A stretch of DNA of 64,000 nt, from the NCBI GenBank assembly GCA_002633005.1, contig NMRA01000842.1:57072-121071 (forward strand). The letters are read 5' to 3'. Under the pieces are notes generated by a model, which saw only the letters and a list, made by a program, of their open reading frames with translations, searched no databases and had not been told where the DNA came from. The translations under genes were made by a program, and so were the position numbers. Shown here piece by piece: positions 12,237-24,148 of this stretch (position 1 is the stretch's first letter; every line of letters starts with the position of its first letter). The stretch is from Phoronis australis. Its lineage: Eukaryota > Animalia > Phoronida.

Positions 12237-14554
12237 CTGAAACGAACAATTGGATGAAACACCTAGGATTCTAACTTGGTTATTCAATTACTATATTCTT
12301 CAGGGATCATTTTAGAAAAAATTGGCTTCAAATCTACATGCCAATATTTAGGACCTAAGTGTCATGTTGTCTGACCTTTTTTGATCCAATTTTTAGGGGT
12401 AGCATTTAAATATGCGCCATTACCTCTGACATTGGTCAGAACCACTAACTGCATTTCAGTTTAACTAAACACATAAAATCTGGGATCTGTACTGTCGCAA
12501 TGCTAGACCCCAATGGCTGTTTGCACAAAACATTCTTAATTTGGGACTCGACTAAGTTTCATAAATCATTTGCGCATTTATTTTGTTCATAACTCACAGA
12601 AGTAACACTTTTTCTATCACTTATCTTTATTATGAGCTCCTCTTTGACTAAAGACATTTCCTAACAATAAAACTAAAAACTGAGCTCTTACAGAACGTAT
12701 TTGCACACTCCTAACTATGCTAATATATAGCACGAACTAAATGACAATGCCATTTTAACATGATCTACATTAAACAAAGTAAAGTTGTATTCCTTGACAA
12801 CTTGTACATGTGAAAACAAAAATTCTGCAAATAGGTGACTTTTGCATAAATGATATAATTCTGTGTTTCTAACTAATATGACCAAGCAATCAGAGAGATG
12901 GGGAATTAACATGCAAGCTCCACTTTATTTCAATCAAAATAATTAAAGACTTGGTTGCATGAAAAAATCCCTACTTATTTTCGATGTTTTCACAATCCCA
13001 CAAATACACAGTAGATTTTGGGAACTTAGTTGGAACTGTTTCATGTGACCAGAAATTGCTGTTCTGATCGGCAGCTTTGCATTGTCGTTGTTTTAGAATC
13101 TGAATGCAAAGCATTAGATCCAAGACAAAATTGAGCAAAATTGTGATAGTTTTAGTGCCCCCGTTAACCCAAGTTGAGCAATCATAGTGCGCAAATGAAA
13201 TTTTTAATAGGCCAATGACGCATGGTCGCTCCTAATATTATCCCCGACTCTGTTCTATAAAAACAACAAACTTGGGTCGAAAATCTGGTCGCTCAGCTCT
13301 GATGACAGATTCAGATTACACAGAAGTCCTCAATTTAGTATAATTCAGCATTAGTGCCTCTGATGCAGATTTTGTTAAAAACCATTTGACATTGATTGTT
13401 TGATAACTCAGGGATCAACTGCCTACGTATATGTGTTCCCACACAAGGAGTATTTTTAGACAATACGAGAAATGCAGAAAGAAGTTATCTAACAAAATCT
13501 CTAAGTGTGCTTAGATGTTGATGGACTGCACTAGTCTTGCAGAAGTGAAAAAGGCTCCTAACTGAAGTTACATAATTACGTTAATATAATCTGCAATGAT
13601 AATATATATCATGAATCATGCTAAGATACACCACAGAGTCCCTTGCTTCAAAAGTTATCTCGTTTTTTTAAACCAAAAACATGTCCGCAAAAAAGCACTC
13701 ATGAATCTGCACTGGACAATGTTTTACATCTGACGACATAATCTTAACAATTCACAGTTTGGAATAATTGTTCATTAAAAGCGTACCACCATACTCCACA
13801 CGAAATAACCTCAACCGATGCCTAGGCAGACAAATTTCTCAATGACTCGTAACCATATAAGCAACATAAATGTAGGACACTAAAACCCTGCCTAGCCTAG
13901 GTTCCTGACTTCAACTGTCCCAAATCCAAATAATATCTGCGTGCACCTCCCACAGACTGGTATTACATAAACCTCGCAAGCCTTATCTTTCTTTGATCCC
14001 ATTAAATTGTCCTTGTGAGTGGTGGATAGGCGACAGAAGTTCCAAAAGGAACGCAAAACCCTGCAGTCAAGAAAGCTCAGTTGTTAACACGGTGGATTTC
14101 AGTTGTTACCTTCCTCGCCTGGTGAAAAGAAAACTGGAACTAATTTCTAAGGCAAAGGCAGGAAATTTGACGTCAAATTTAAGTGATTGAGGTTACTAAA
14201 ATAAATATACTTTTGCACGTAATTTGCTTCTGCTTAGTGCTCATTTTATCATTAAATCTAGAATTTACATGCAAGAACTGTAGCATCATATGTTTGATCT
14301 TGATATTGTGTGCTACTCTTGGTTGAAGTACAACGAACACTCCGGTTTTGAAAGAGATTTGCGATGTATAACCGCACATTAATGCTAGGATATCACCTAT
14401 TGACAATTGTTGGGTTTCATAGTAAGCCTACATTAAGGCCAGCAACCCTTGGTTTTTCTACTATAACAATGTTTTTTACACACATTCAAATTAACACTAT
14501 TTTTAATATCATATGAAGAGCTTTCAAATAACATTCATGGATGTGAGGAAAACA

Positions 14555-14664
14555 CCAAACTGGTGTTTATTTCCAAACTGGTGTTTATTTCCAAACTGGT
14601 GTTTATTTCCAAACTGGTGTTTATTTCCAAACTGGTGTTTATTTCCAAACTGGTGTTTATTTCC
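14555..14664. repeat. Minisatellite, 18-bp unit x6
   Basis: CCAAACTGGTGTTTATTT repeated. Confidence 0.95.
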
Positions 14665-15316
14665 TGAAGTTCTTCCTCAATTTTCATAGCAAACAAACTC
14701 ATCGAGTTGTAATATCGACCGAGGACATTCTCCTAGCAGACCGTTGCCTCCCAGTGAAAAAAATATTCTATGAAGTTTACTGTACAGTGTTTCCCCTGGG
14801 TTTTGCAAGGAGCGTGGTGGTGAATGGCCAAAACGGGGTGCAAAGCCCGTTGCTGCACGCGAATATGAGAAATGGGATCCCCCTATTAGCTGGGTTTCGA
14901 AAGGAGCATGATGGAGAATGCTCGACGCGGATGCGGAACCCGGCACCACATGCGAGCATGGGATGACTTTCGCCAGGAAAAATTTGAAAATAAGATGTAA
15001 TTGTGGGTGCAGTTTGCTCATCATAGACAACATAGACAAAACCTTAACCCAAGCATCATGTAGTGGAAGTATCTGGGTAAAGAACACTTCGCAAGACAAT
15101 TTGGCAATGAAGAGTCCAGCATAGTGTGATCTCTGTCGCACTTGAGTACAAAAAACAGTTATCCACGAAGTGACAAACATAGAACAAAAAATATTTTAAC
15201 TTTGTAGACGTAATAAACTAATTCGTGTAATGAAACTTCCGTTAATACCGTCTTGCTAAACATAAATCAGTGATAGTGGATTGGCGTTGGCCAGCGTAGC
15301 AGACGATGTAATAATC

Positions 15317-15454
15317 TGTGGTGCCACCTATCAGTTACTACGATTTGTTAAATCACTGTAGTTTAGTCTCATTTTTTGTCAATATACCAACATCAAGTGT
15401 CTGCTTCAATATAGTATTTTATTCGCTTATAATTGTGTGTTTCTGATCCCTATA
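15317..15454 (+). repeat. 5' LTR (138 bp)
   Basis: TGTGGTGCC...CCCTATA; by manual alignment it differs from the 3' LTR by 6 substitutions and 1 indel. Confidence 0.93.
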
Positions 15455-15483
15455 TTGGTGACCTCAAACAGTGAACACTTACA

Positions 15484-16305
15484 ATGGCAGAGGGACATAG
15501 TGATACAAAGCTTGTTACTGACCTCGCCTCAACTCTCCAGACGCTTGCAATGCAAACAACTCAGGTAAACGCGGTATCCATCAGGTTGCCGGACTTTTGG
15601 ACAAAATCGCCCGAAGTTTGGTTTGCCAAAGTCGAGGCTCAGTTTGGAACAAAAGGGATTGTACAAGATCAGACAAAATATGATTACGTGGTGAGTGCCC
15701 TTGATGTCAACACAGCCGACGAAGTTCAGGCTATACTACTCCACCCACCACTCACAAACAAGTATAACGCATTGAAGTCCGCGCTCATCAACGCTTTTGG
15801 AAAGTCCCAGGCACAGAAGGACTCTGAGCTTTTGAACCTCAATGGCCTGGGTGACAAACGTCCCACCGCTCTGATGAGACGTATCAACGCTCTCAATGAT
15901 GACCCCCAGACTTTAAAACGTGCTTTATTCCTAACGAACCTGCCTTCCGACGTTCGCACTATCCTGGCGGGCCACAGCATTAATAGCATAGAGGACCTTG
16001 ATACGACCGCGGACCGTATCTGGGAGGCACGTACTGCCGGAGTGCAACATGTCTCTATACCTACCAACAGTCAGACAACGTTTTCGGGTTTTTATGATGA
16101 CAACGCCAAGTCCACGTCCGATAAGCGCTTCCGACGCTGTTCCCGTTCCCAGCACGGTGACGCCAGCCCCCTTATGGGTTCCTCCACCGTATGCTTCTAC
16201 CATATGAAGTTTGGGCCCAAGGCTCGTCGATGCCAGCCTGGCTGCAAGTTTGCGTCACTGATACCCAAGACAAACAACCAGGGAAACGCCACAGCCAGCC
16301 GTTGA
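15484..16305 (+). CDS. gag: Retrotransposon Gag, 273 aa, with CHCC motif
   Basis: N-terminal LPDFWTKSPEVWFAKVEAQF; C-terminal CFYHMKFGPKARRCQPGC is the CHCC knuckle typical of the CsRn1 clade. Confidence 0.88.
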   Translation: MAEGHSDTKLVTDLASTLQTLAMQTTQVNAVSIRLPDFWTKSPEVWFAKVEAQFGTKGIVQDQTKYDYVVSALDVNTADEVQAILLHPPLTNKYNALKSALINAFGKSQAQKDSELLNLNGLGDKRPTALMRRINALNDDPQTLKRALFLTNLPSDVRTILAGHSINSIEDLDTTADRIWEARTAGVQHVSIPTNSQTTFSGFYDDNAKSTSDKRFRRCSRSQHGDASPLMGSSTVCFYHMKFGPKARRCQPGCKFASLIPKTNNQGNATASR

Positions 16306-18465
16306 ACGTGGTAGCGGCCGGCGTTTCCACCTCCAACACACTGGTAGATATTTTTTAATTGACACTGGTGCCGACGTTTCTGTTTATCCTGCCTCTGCAA
16401 CAGACCGCAAGACCAATCCACCTTCCGCACCTCTCTTCGCTGCTAACGGAACTTCCATAAACACATGGGGCACCTGTACCCTCTCGGTGGTGCTCAGCTC
16501 TAAGCAGCAGTACGCTCATGAATTTTATCTTGCCGATGTTACTCGCCCGATTCTAGGAACTGAATTTTTTATTGCCCACGACCTAGTTATTGATCTCAAA
16601 GGCAAGCGCCTTTTGTCTATTGATAATCCCTCTGCACTTCTGTGACATAACACGATTTCACTGACCCTTGCGGGTCTCTCCCTTCATGCCCACGACGAGT
16701 ACTCACTTTTGTTACAACAGTTTTCAGAGCTGTTTACCCCGTGTTTCGATTCCACGGCGAATAAACACGGTGTTGAACACCATATCATAACCCAGGGACC
16801 ACCTGTCCACGCACGTGCCCGACGTTTGAATCCTGAACGACTGGCGGAGAAAGATGAATTTCTGCGAATGGAAAAGATGGGTATAATTCGCCGATCCAAT
16901 TCACCGTGGTCTTCACCGCTCCATGTCGTCCCCAAGCCTGGCGGTCTATGGCGCCCTTGCGGTGACTACAGACAACTTAATGCTTCAACCACGGATGACC
17001 GCTACCCGTTGCCACATATCCATGATTTCAACAAACATCTGACCAGATGCCAAGTTTTCTCCAAAATTGATCTGGTTCGAGGCCATCATCAGATTCCGGT
17101 TGCGCCGTCTTCTGTGACCAAGACTGCAATAATCACACCTTTTGGATTGTGGGAATTTCTTCGCATGCCCTTTGGCCTCAAGAACGCTGCCCAGGCTTTC
17201 CAATGCCTTATGGATGGCATTTTCAGGGACGTTTCGTTCGCTTTTGTCTACCTCGATGACATCTTGGTGGCCAGCCGCTCGCATGCCGAACATCTGGAAC
17301 ATCTTCGTCAGATCTTTATGCTGCTGTCCTCCAACGGTCTTCGTCATCAATAAGCCCGAGTGCATTTTTGGTGCTGCCGAATTGGCTTTCCTTGGACACC
17401 ACGTCACAGCCCGTGGGATCCTTCCGCTCCCCGATCGCGTATCCTCTATTCAAGATTGTGCTCCCCAACCAATCGTGCTGAGCTGCAACGATTTCTGGGA
17501 TTGATGAACTACTATCACCGTTTTATTCCACACGTCGCATTCATGGGCTGTCCCACGCTGGCGTTCGCCCTACTCAGCAGGCTCTCACTCAGCGCTTTGT
17601 CTGGCGTGGTATGAAACGTGATATACAGCGGTGGTGCAAAGAGTGTCATGCTTGTCAAGCTTCCAAGATACATCGACACACACGGGCACCTTTGGTAAAG
17701 CGTCCCGCTCCGGCTGCCAGGTTTCGCAGTCTCCACGTGGATCTTGTTGGCCCACTACCAGCGAGCCAAGGCATGACCTATCTCTTCACGATCATTGACC
17801 GTTTCACCAGGTGGCCCGAGGCCATACCACTTCCTGACGCCCAAGCTTCCTCCTGTGCAGCTGCTCTTGTCCATCATTGGATTTCCCGCTTTGGTGTGCC
17901 TGAGGACATCGCGTCTGACCGCGGTGCTCAGTTCACTTCGGCACTTTGGAGTGAATGCAACAAGCTCTTGGGTGTTACTACTCATACCACAACTGCATAC
18001 CACTCACAAGCGAATGGCATGATAGAACGTTTTCACCGCGCCCTCAAGGCGTCTCTCAAGGCGCGCACTACCAGCCCGCACTGGTTTGCAGAACTGCCAC
18101 TGGTCTTGCTAGGGATACGTTCGTCCTGGCGAGTGGATCCCGGCTGTTCTCCCGCTGAACTTGTGTATGGGTCACCTCTCCACTTGCCAGGTGAGTTTCT
18201 TCAACCGCTCGAAGCTCGTACGATGGAGCCGTATTCAATTTTCTTAAAGCATCTACAACACACCATGCGTGCTGTGCAGCCCGCGCCTTCTAATTTCCAT
18301 GGCGGTCGCCCCAGTTATATACCCTCCAACTTGGCGTCTACAGGGTATGTGTATGTGCACCATGATGCTTACCGTCATCCGCTCCAGCGCCCCTACGATG
18401 GCCCGTTTCGCATACTCAACACAAATGACAAGTTCTACACTCATGACATTAAGGGTCGCGAGTAG
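16281..18465 (+). pseudogene. pol: Disrupted pol: aspartic protease (FLIDTGAD), RT (YLDD), RNase H absent, integrase (HHCC, DDE core, GPF)
   Basis: PR motif at about 16350-16375. RT ORF 16709-17353 (WSSPLHVVPK, RMPFGLKNA, YLDDIL). Frameshifts near 16340, 17340 and 17465. Integrase ORF 17611-18465 (HVDLVGP, SDRGAQF, ERFHR, PYDGPF). Confidence 0.9.
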
Positions 18466-18714
18466 TCGCTTCTGTCACCCAGTTCACGACCTCGGATGAC
18501 ACCTTCACACGTCCCGATGCCTCTTCGCCATTAGTGCTCCCCTCGCCGCCGGCTCCCCTCGACTCTACCGACCGACCTGTGCCATCAACGTCTGTTGCTG
18601 CCGATCAGCCTTCTAAAGTTACTCGTTCTGGCCGCGTTTCGCGCTTGCCTGTGCGTTTTCGTGATTCTCCACCCACTTCGGATTTGCCTTAGTCCTCCGC
18701 TTGGAGGGGGGTAC

Positions 18715-18851
18715 TGTGGTGCCACCTATCAGTTATAACGATTTGTTAAATCACTGTAGTTTAGTCTCATTTTTGTCAATATACCAACATCAAGTGTCTG
18801 CTTCAATATAGTATTTTATTTGCTTATAACTGTGTGTTTCTGATTCCTACA
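18715..18851 (+). repeat. 3' LTR (137 bp)
   Basis: TGTGGTGCC...CCTACA, preceded by the PPT and followed by the AATC TSD. Confidence 0.93.
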
Positions 18852-19264
18852 AATCTAGTCCATGTTGGTGAATCTGAGACTAGTTAACATTCAATATCGT
18901 CATTTTGGCGCAGGGCTATGGTTGATTAAACAGTTGGATGTCACGTCCTGCAGTATAATTCCCAATGTTTTTTGTAAACTCGGACACGATAAAATGAATG
19001 AAGCAGAAATCTTACTGTTTCTTACTTCATTAGCAAGCCCAGGGGCTTTCCCATTTTAGAAAATTCGTATCGAAGTCGTTGCCTGGTCTCCGGTCGGCTG
19101 TATTAAGTATATATGCATTGTTGGATAACCAGGCAGAAACGAGGTACGAAAGGAGATTGGGGATTGAATGACCGTGTTTAATGGGGGCATCCCATTGTAG
19201 AATTATTTTTCCCTTTCGATCCACAAACAGCGAAATGTGCCGTGTGACTTGTACTCAATCATTG

Positions 19265-19455
19265 TTACTAGCGATCATTTTTGCTAGCGATCATTTCTAC
19301 TAACGATCATTTTAACTAGCGATCATTTTTACTAGCAATTCATTTTACTAGCGATCATTTTTACGAGCGATCATTTTTACTAGCGATCATTTTTACTAGC
19401 GATCATTTTTACTAGCGACCATTTTTACTAGAGATCATTTTTACTAGCGATTTTT
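19265..19455. repeat. Minisatellite, 16-17-bp unit, about 11 copies
   Basis: TTACTAGCGATCATTTT repeated. Confidence 0.92.
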
Positions 19456-19961
19456 GTGTGCTGGTGAAGTTTCCCCGTCACGATTAGGTGTGTGGTGGTC
19501 AATTTGAGTATGATTTATGAGTGGCGGGGCCAAAAAGGAGCGTGGCGGGCTACCCAGAAGTTTACATGCAGGGGAAACCCTGCTGTATATCTACAGAATA
19601 ATGCTATTTAAATTATAATAAAATAATTTTTCTTCATAAGTATTTTTAAAGAACAGAGAGTGTTTACAAAACAAAATTTTGACTTTTCTGTCACATTTTG
19701 CCTCCAACTGAACCAACAGCAGGCATTAGGGCACAAGTCAGATATAAGGTGCTGACATTTTGAGAACCAGTTTGATGCCTGTGGAGAAAACTGGTTCTCA
19801 AATGCGGGCATGTTAGATCTTACTATTACGACTGGTAGCAGGGCCAGATGAGTACTAAGGGTTATAGAAGGGAGATACATAACAAGACAAACCCTGTTTA
19901 ATGAAATTTCACTTGACAATGCCATAAAACAAAGACTTTATAATATCAGTCGTCTTTTTAC

Positions 19962-20054
19962 CCTTGTAATACACCTTTAAGAAGGTCACCCCAGTTGACA
20001 CTTGTCACAGGAAAGATGCCCGCATTCATGTATATCACATCAATATGTCGGTAC
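19962..20054 (-). CDS. HSD17B7: HSD17B7 coding exon 3 (YRHIDVIYMNAGIFPVTSVNWGDLLKGVLQG)
   Basis: Acceptor cattgttccag, 93 nt, SDR NAG motif (cf. LDCIYLNAGI), donor GG|gtaaaa. Confidence 0.9.
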
Positions 20055-20276
20055 CTGGAACAATGAAGTAAAATTAGAGTACCTGGCAGTTCACACAAGG
20101 CAGAAAATACATTTTTTGTTGTAAGTCTAAAATGCATCACAAACACAGTGGTACTGAGGTTTGGTTGACCAGTTGTTAACACCATGGGAACACAGCCCTA
20201 AACAGTAAACCAATTTAGGTCAAAAAGGCATACAAGGGAAATAATATTTTTCATTAAAGATATGTTGTAACACTTT

Positions 20277-20440
20277 TTTAATATTAAGCTCTATACTATA
20301 TCTGCTATCAAAAAATGTTTAATATTAAGCTCTATACTATAACTGCTATCACAAAATGTTTAATATTAAGCTCTATACTATATCTGCTATCACAAAATGT
20401 TTAATATTAAGCTCTATACTATATCTGCTATCACAAAGTG
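20277..20440. repeat. Tandem repeat, 41-bp unit x4
   Basis: TTTAATATTAAGCTCTATACTATATCTGCTATCACAAAATG repeated. Confidence 0.92.
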
Positions 20441-21988
20441 TTTTGAGAAATTGTGGGCATTCATAAACTCAAAAGTATTTGAGTTTGAAAAATGACAAAA
20501 GATCAATTTCAGCAAATTACATTTGTCAAAAAATAAAAATGGTGAGATTTTACCAATCATGATAACAACACGTCAATACATCAGAAAAACAGGTGTCAAC
20601 TTTATGGATACTATGACACAAAATCAGTGATTTCAACCCAAAAACCCTTCACAACACCAAGGGCACAGAGGACTGATAAAATGACATCAACTTCTTGGTC
20701 AACTCCTTCAGGAGTGCGCAGTTTCTTATCGCATATCCAAGGTAGGGTCTACATTCAATTCGATGGTAGAAACCTGCTGTGACCTATCATGACAAGAAAA
20801 AATAAAACAGTTCGAAAACCTAAACCTTCATTATTTTGTAAGTTTAAATGTACACAGGCAGGTTAAAAAAATCCACAATTAAATGTAATTATTTTCTAAT
20901 CAAGTTATAATAATCTGAGGTGTATAAGAATTACACAAGGTTTGATGAATCATAGCTCTTAGCAGTAGCTACAGTTTTCAAAACAAAGAAAAACAAAATA
21001 TCATCGATATTGTCTAGTTTCAGCTAGTTTCACAGAAGTTAAACAAAAGGTATGATGTAAAATCGGGAATTGATCCAGACTTTTGATCAAAGCTCGTCAA
21101 AATTGAGGTCAAGTTCGATATAGGTCAATAAAGTTGGATATAGGTCAATAATTATTTTGGACTTTGTAACAACATAACCTTATGTTTACTAGTCAACAAG
21201 GTCCTACATAACCTTATGTGTTTACTTGTCAACAAGGTCTTACATAACCTTAATTTAGAATTGTCCAGCAAATTAGCATAACATCCAAAATGTTGTCAAT
21301 GAATCTTCACACAAACAAAGGTGGCAGAAAGTATGATAAATAAACTGAGCCAAAAATGCCATTTCAAGAATGACCCATGCATAATTAATTTAGAAAAACT
21401 TAATTAAGACGCTTGCTTAACTTCAAAATTTGTCTAGGATAACCAGACAATGGTATTTTAAATAACAGTACGTCTGAACAATAATTGTCCTTCCCTGCAA
21501 TCATCAGTAGTCTTGTTCAAACTTAATGAACGCAACAACACACAAAATAATCATACACCAAAATAATCATACAAAATGACCCATAATTCCAGTGGGTAAG
21601 ATGCCCAAATTTTGAGATCCAGTTTTCTCCACTGAACAACGGGCATCAAACTGGTTTTCAAAAGGGCAAATTACATCAGACTATTGCCACCCAGTGAGCA
21701 GTGGAACAATGTGTTCGGACAGTAAATTACCACTCATGACAGGGAGACGGGATTTTGTCTCATTGTCTTGCCATTCAATGTACAGTACATGCCAAAAATA
21801 ATCAGGCAAAACACTGTTTCTTCCATCATCACAGACAGGTAATGGCTCATCACAAACCCTTTACTGTCACGGTGAATTTTGCTAGCACTGAAGCATAAGA
21901 ATGTGGAATTAGGGGAATTTTGTCTGGTTATCTTACGCTGACTATAGAACAATTAAAACAGTCTGCAATCGTTAACAAATCTTCCAAC

Positions 21989-22192
21989 TTTTTCCGAAGT
22001 TCAGTAGCAGCCTTGTAGACAGATTTGAGACTTCCGACATCCACAAGAATAATGTCAATGGTGGCGTTTGGATGGGACACTTTGAGAGCATCGCGGGCGG
22101 CCTCAGCCTTCATTTTATTCCGGCATGCAAGACACAGGTGCACCATTTCATCTGCGGAGAGTAGCCGCTGACACAAGGCAAGACCGATTCCA
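21989..22192 (-). CDS. HSD17B7: HSD17B7 coding exon 2 (GIGLALCQRLL...LCLACRNKMKAEAA...ELRK)
   Basis: Acceptor ttttttcag, 204 nt. The translation closely resembles vertebrate HSD17B7 (GIGLALCKRLL..LHLCLACRN..KAEA..SHP.A). Phase-2 donor AA|gttgga is weak but frame-compatible with exon 3. Confidence 0.92.
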
Positions 22193-24148
22193 CTGAAAAA
22201 ATAAATGCCTGACAGTGAAACAGAAATTTTAAAATGAACAGGACATTATCAAAATGTGGCTAAATATTGATGAGAGAAAGTGTTGCTAAATATGATTTTA
22301 TTACTACAAAAATCCATTGTAGATCTGGTTAATTTTCATATAACTTAGCAGTATTGCCTCTCTGGTGCAGAGGAGAGCTTGGGGAGTTACTGCACAGATG
22401 CTATCACCAGTGAAGGAGTCACCAGGTACATACAAGACTCAAACAAGATGTATGATAATCAGAGTCCCCCCCCCCCGAAAAAAGCAGGCGACCTGGTGGT
22501 GACCCAGACANCAGCAATGCTGCAATTTGACGCCAGGCGCCCCTCCCCCGCCCCCAAACTGCGAGTCCCTAGGCAACTGTTTCTGAACGGCCTGGATGCT
22601 TAACGTGCACATTGACGATCCCGAATTCAGGTCTTGGTACCGGTGGATTTTTGCAGAAAAGTAACTGATTCTCGTCACTTCAATTCAGGATACCGTAACT
22701 GATTAAAAATGCAGGATTATACCACCAGTTGAATTGAAAATTGGTTATTGCTTGCAATCAAAATCCAACATTTGTTCGAGGTGGGCCTCCTAAGCCTAGG
22801 TGTCCCTCTGTGTGCCAAATGTACATAATATAGTAACAAAACTTTGATGGTATAATCAGTGTTGAGGTATAATTCGTCAAAAGCCTTCCAGCGTATGGAA
22901 GGCCTATAGGATGCTCACCATCTCTACTGAGACCAGTTGAAACGTAGCCAAGGGGCTTCCGCCGCTTACGACTACGAGTACGACTAATTACATCAGTTGG
23001 AAATGCCTCCAAGTCTCTCAAAAACTTTATACACTTGCAACATTTAGCAAGCTGACAAGGTATGACATGTGACGTATTTTTAAATCAAAATGATTAAATC
23101 AAAATGATGTAAAAATAGATAAAAAACTCCTTCTTACCAGCGCCGTACGCGGCTTTTTACTCCTTGAAAAGAAAACCTGTCAATGATATTTGACACGACA
23201 AATGATGCGCTGAACAATGATTATGTTACTACTAGACAAAAGTCATAAAGTAGGAAAGATATATACAAAATAAAAACACTTAATTCAAACTTTAAGTTCG
23301 TATTGCATGTTTGAGACAGCGCAACTCAGTTCACTTTTATCCGCCGAGTCACATAATCCCGTCGGACCGGCTCGCACCAGTCACGGCAATCTCGCAATTG
23401 TAAATCTTGATAGGCAACATGTAACTCATACACAATTAGACAGTGACCACCGTCTCTAGTTCAACTACAGCAGCTTCATACGACGGGCTAATTATGCTTG
23501 ACATGGACCAAAACATTTAAGTACGACATCATATTTCCTGGCGTGTGCAGTATAAAAATAGGCAACATGTAGCCCCTCGGTTGGATAAATAGGGGCTACA
23601 ATACTTCGTTTTCTGTACTAATTTCGTATTTCAAAGGGGCGGTAGGCAAAATCCGCTCACTGATTAACAGTTTTCACCTCGTCAAAAATACATTGTACAC
23701 TTAAAACCATCACTCAAAAAAGCACTTAATTTCTCCAGTGATCCTTTCTGCTTCTAGACATATCTTCGACGAAGCATAACTACGATAATTATGGTGACTT
23801 TGGCGAAGAATTCCAACTCCATTTTTGGTCACCACTAACTTTTTCACCATGCACGCAATAACCTCAAAGGACTTCAACTGAGTCATGAGGGTTAGTCAAA
23901 GGCTAGCACAAGACTGAGCGAAGTGCGTGACGTGGCGCGTGACACTTGCGAAATGGCATGGGGAGATATCAGGTGAAATTTTTAAGATTTGTGTCCCCTG
24001 GACTTTTTGTTCCTCAACAGTCGAAACCTACACAAAATGGCACCCGGTGAGAGAAACTCGAGTGAACCGCGACAGATTTTTATGGATATGTTCAAGTTAT
24101 GTTGACTAAATTGTATCCAGAGTCATGTTGTGTGTGTGTTAGTTTGAA

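Larger units (their letters stand above)
15317..18851 (+). mobile_element. Ty3/Gypsy LTR retrotransposon, CsRn1-like clade, defective, in HSD17B7 intron 3
   Basis: LTRs 15317-15454 and 18715-18851. AATC TSD at 15313-15316 and 18852-18855. PBS TGGTGACCTC at 15456 (tRNA-Trp-like). PPT GGAGGGGGG at 18703-18711. Domain order gag-PR-RT-IN. Confidence 0.95.

Noticed and set aside
14677-15180. 167-aa minus-strand ORF beside the LTR element
   Set aside because: No recognisable motif, non-ATG start, and outside the LTRs.
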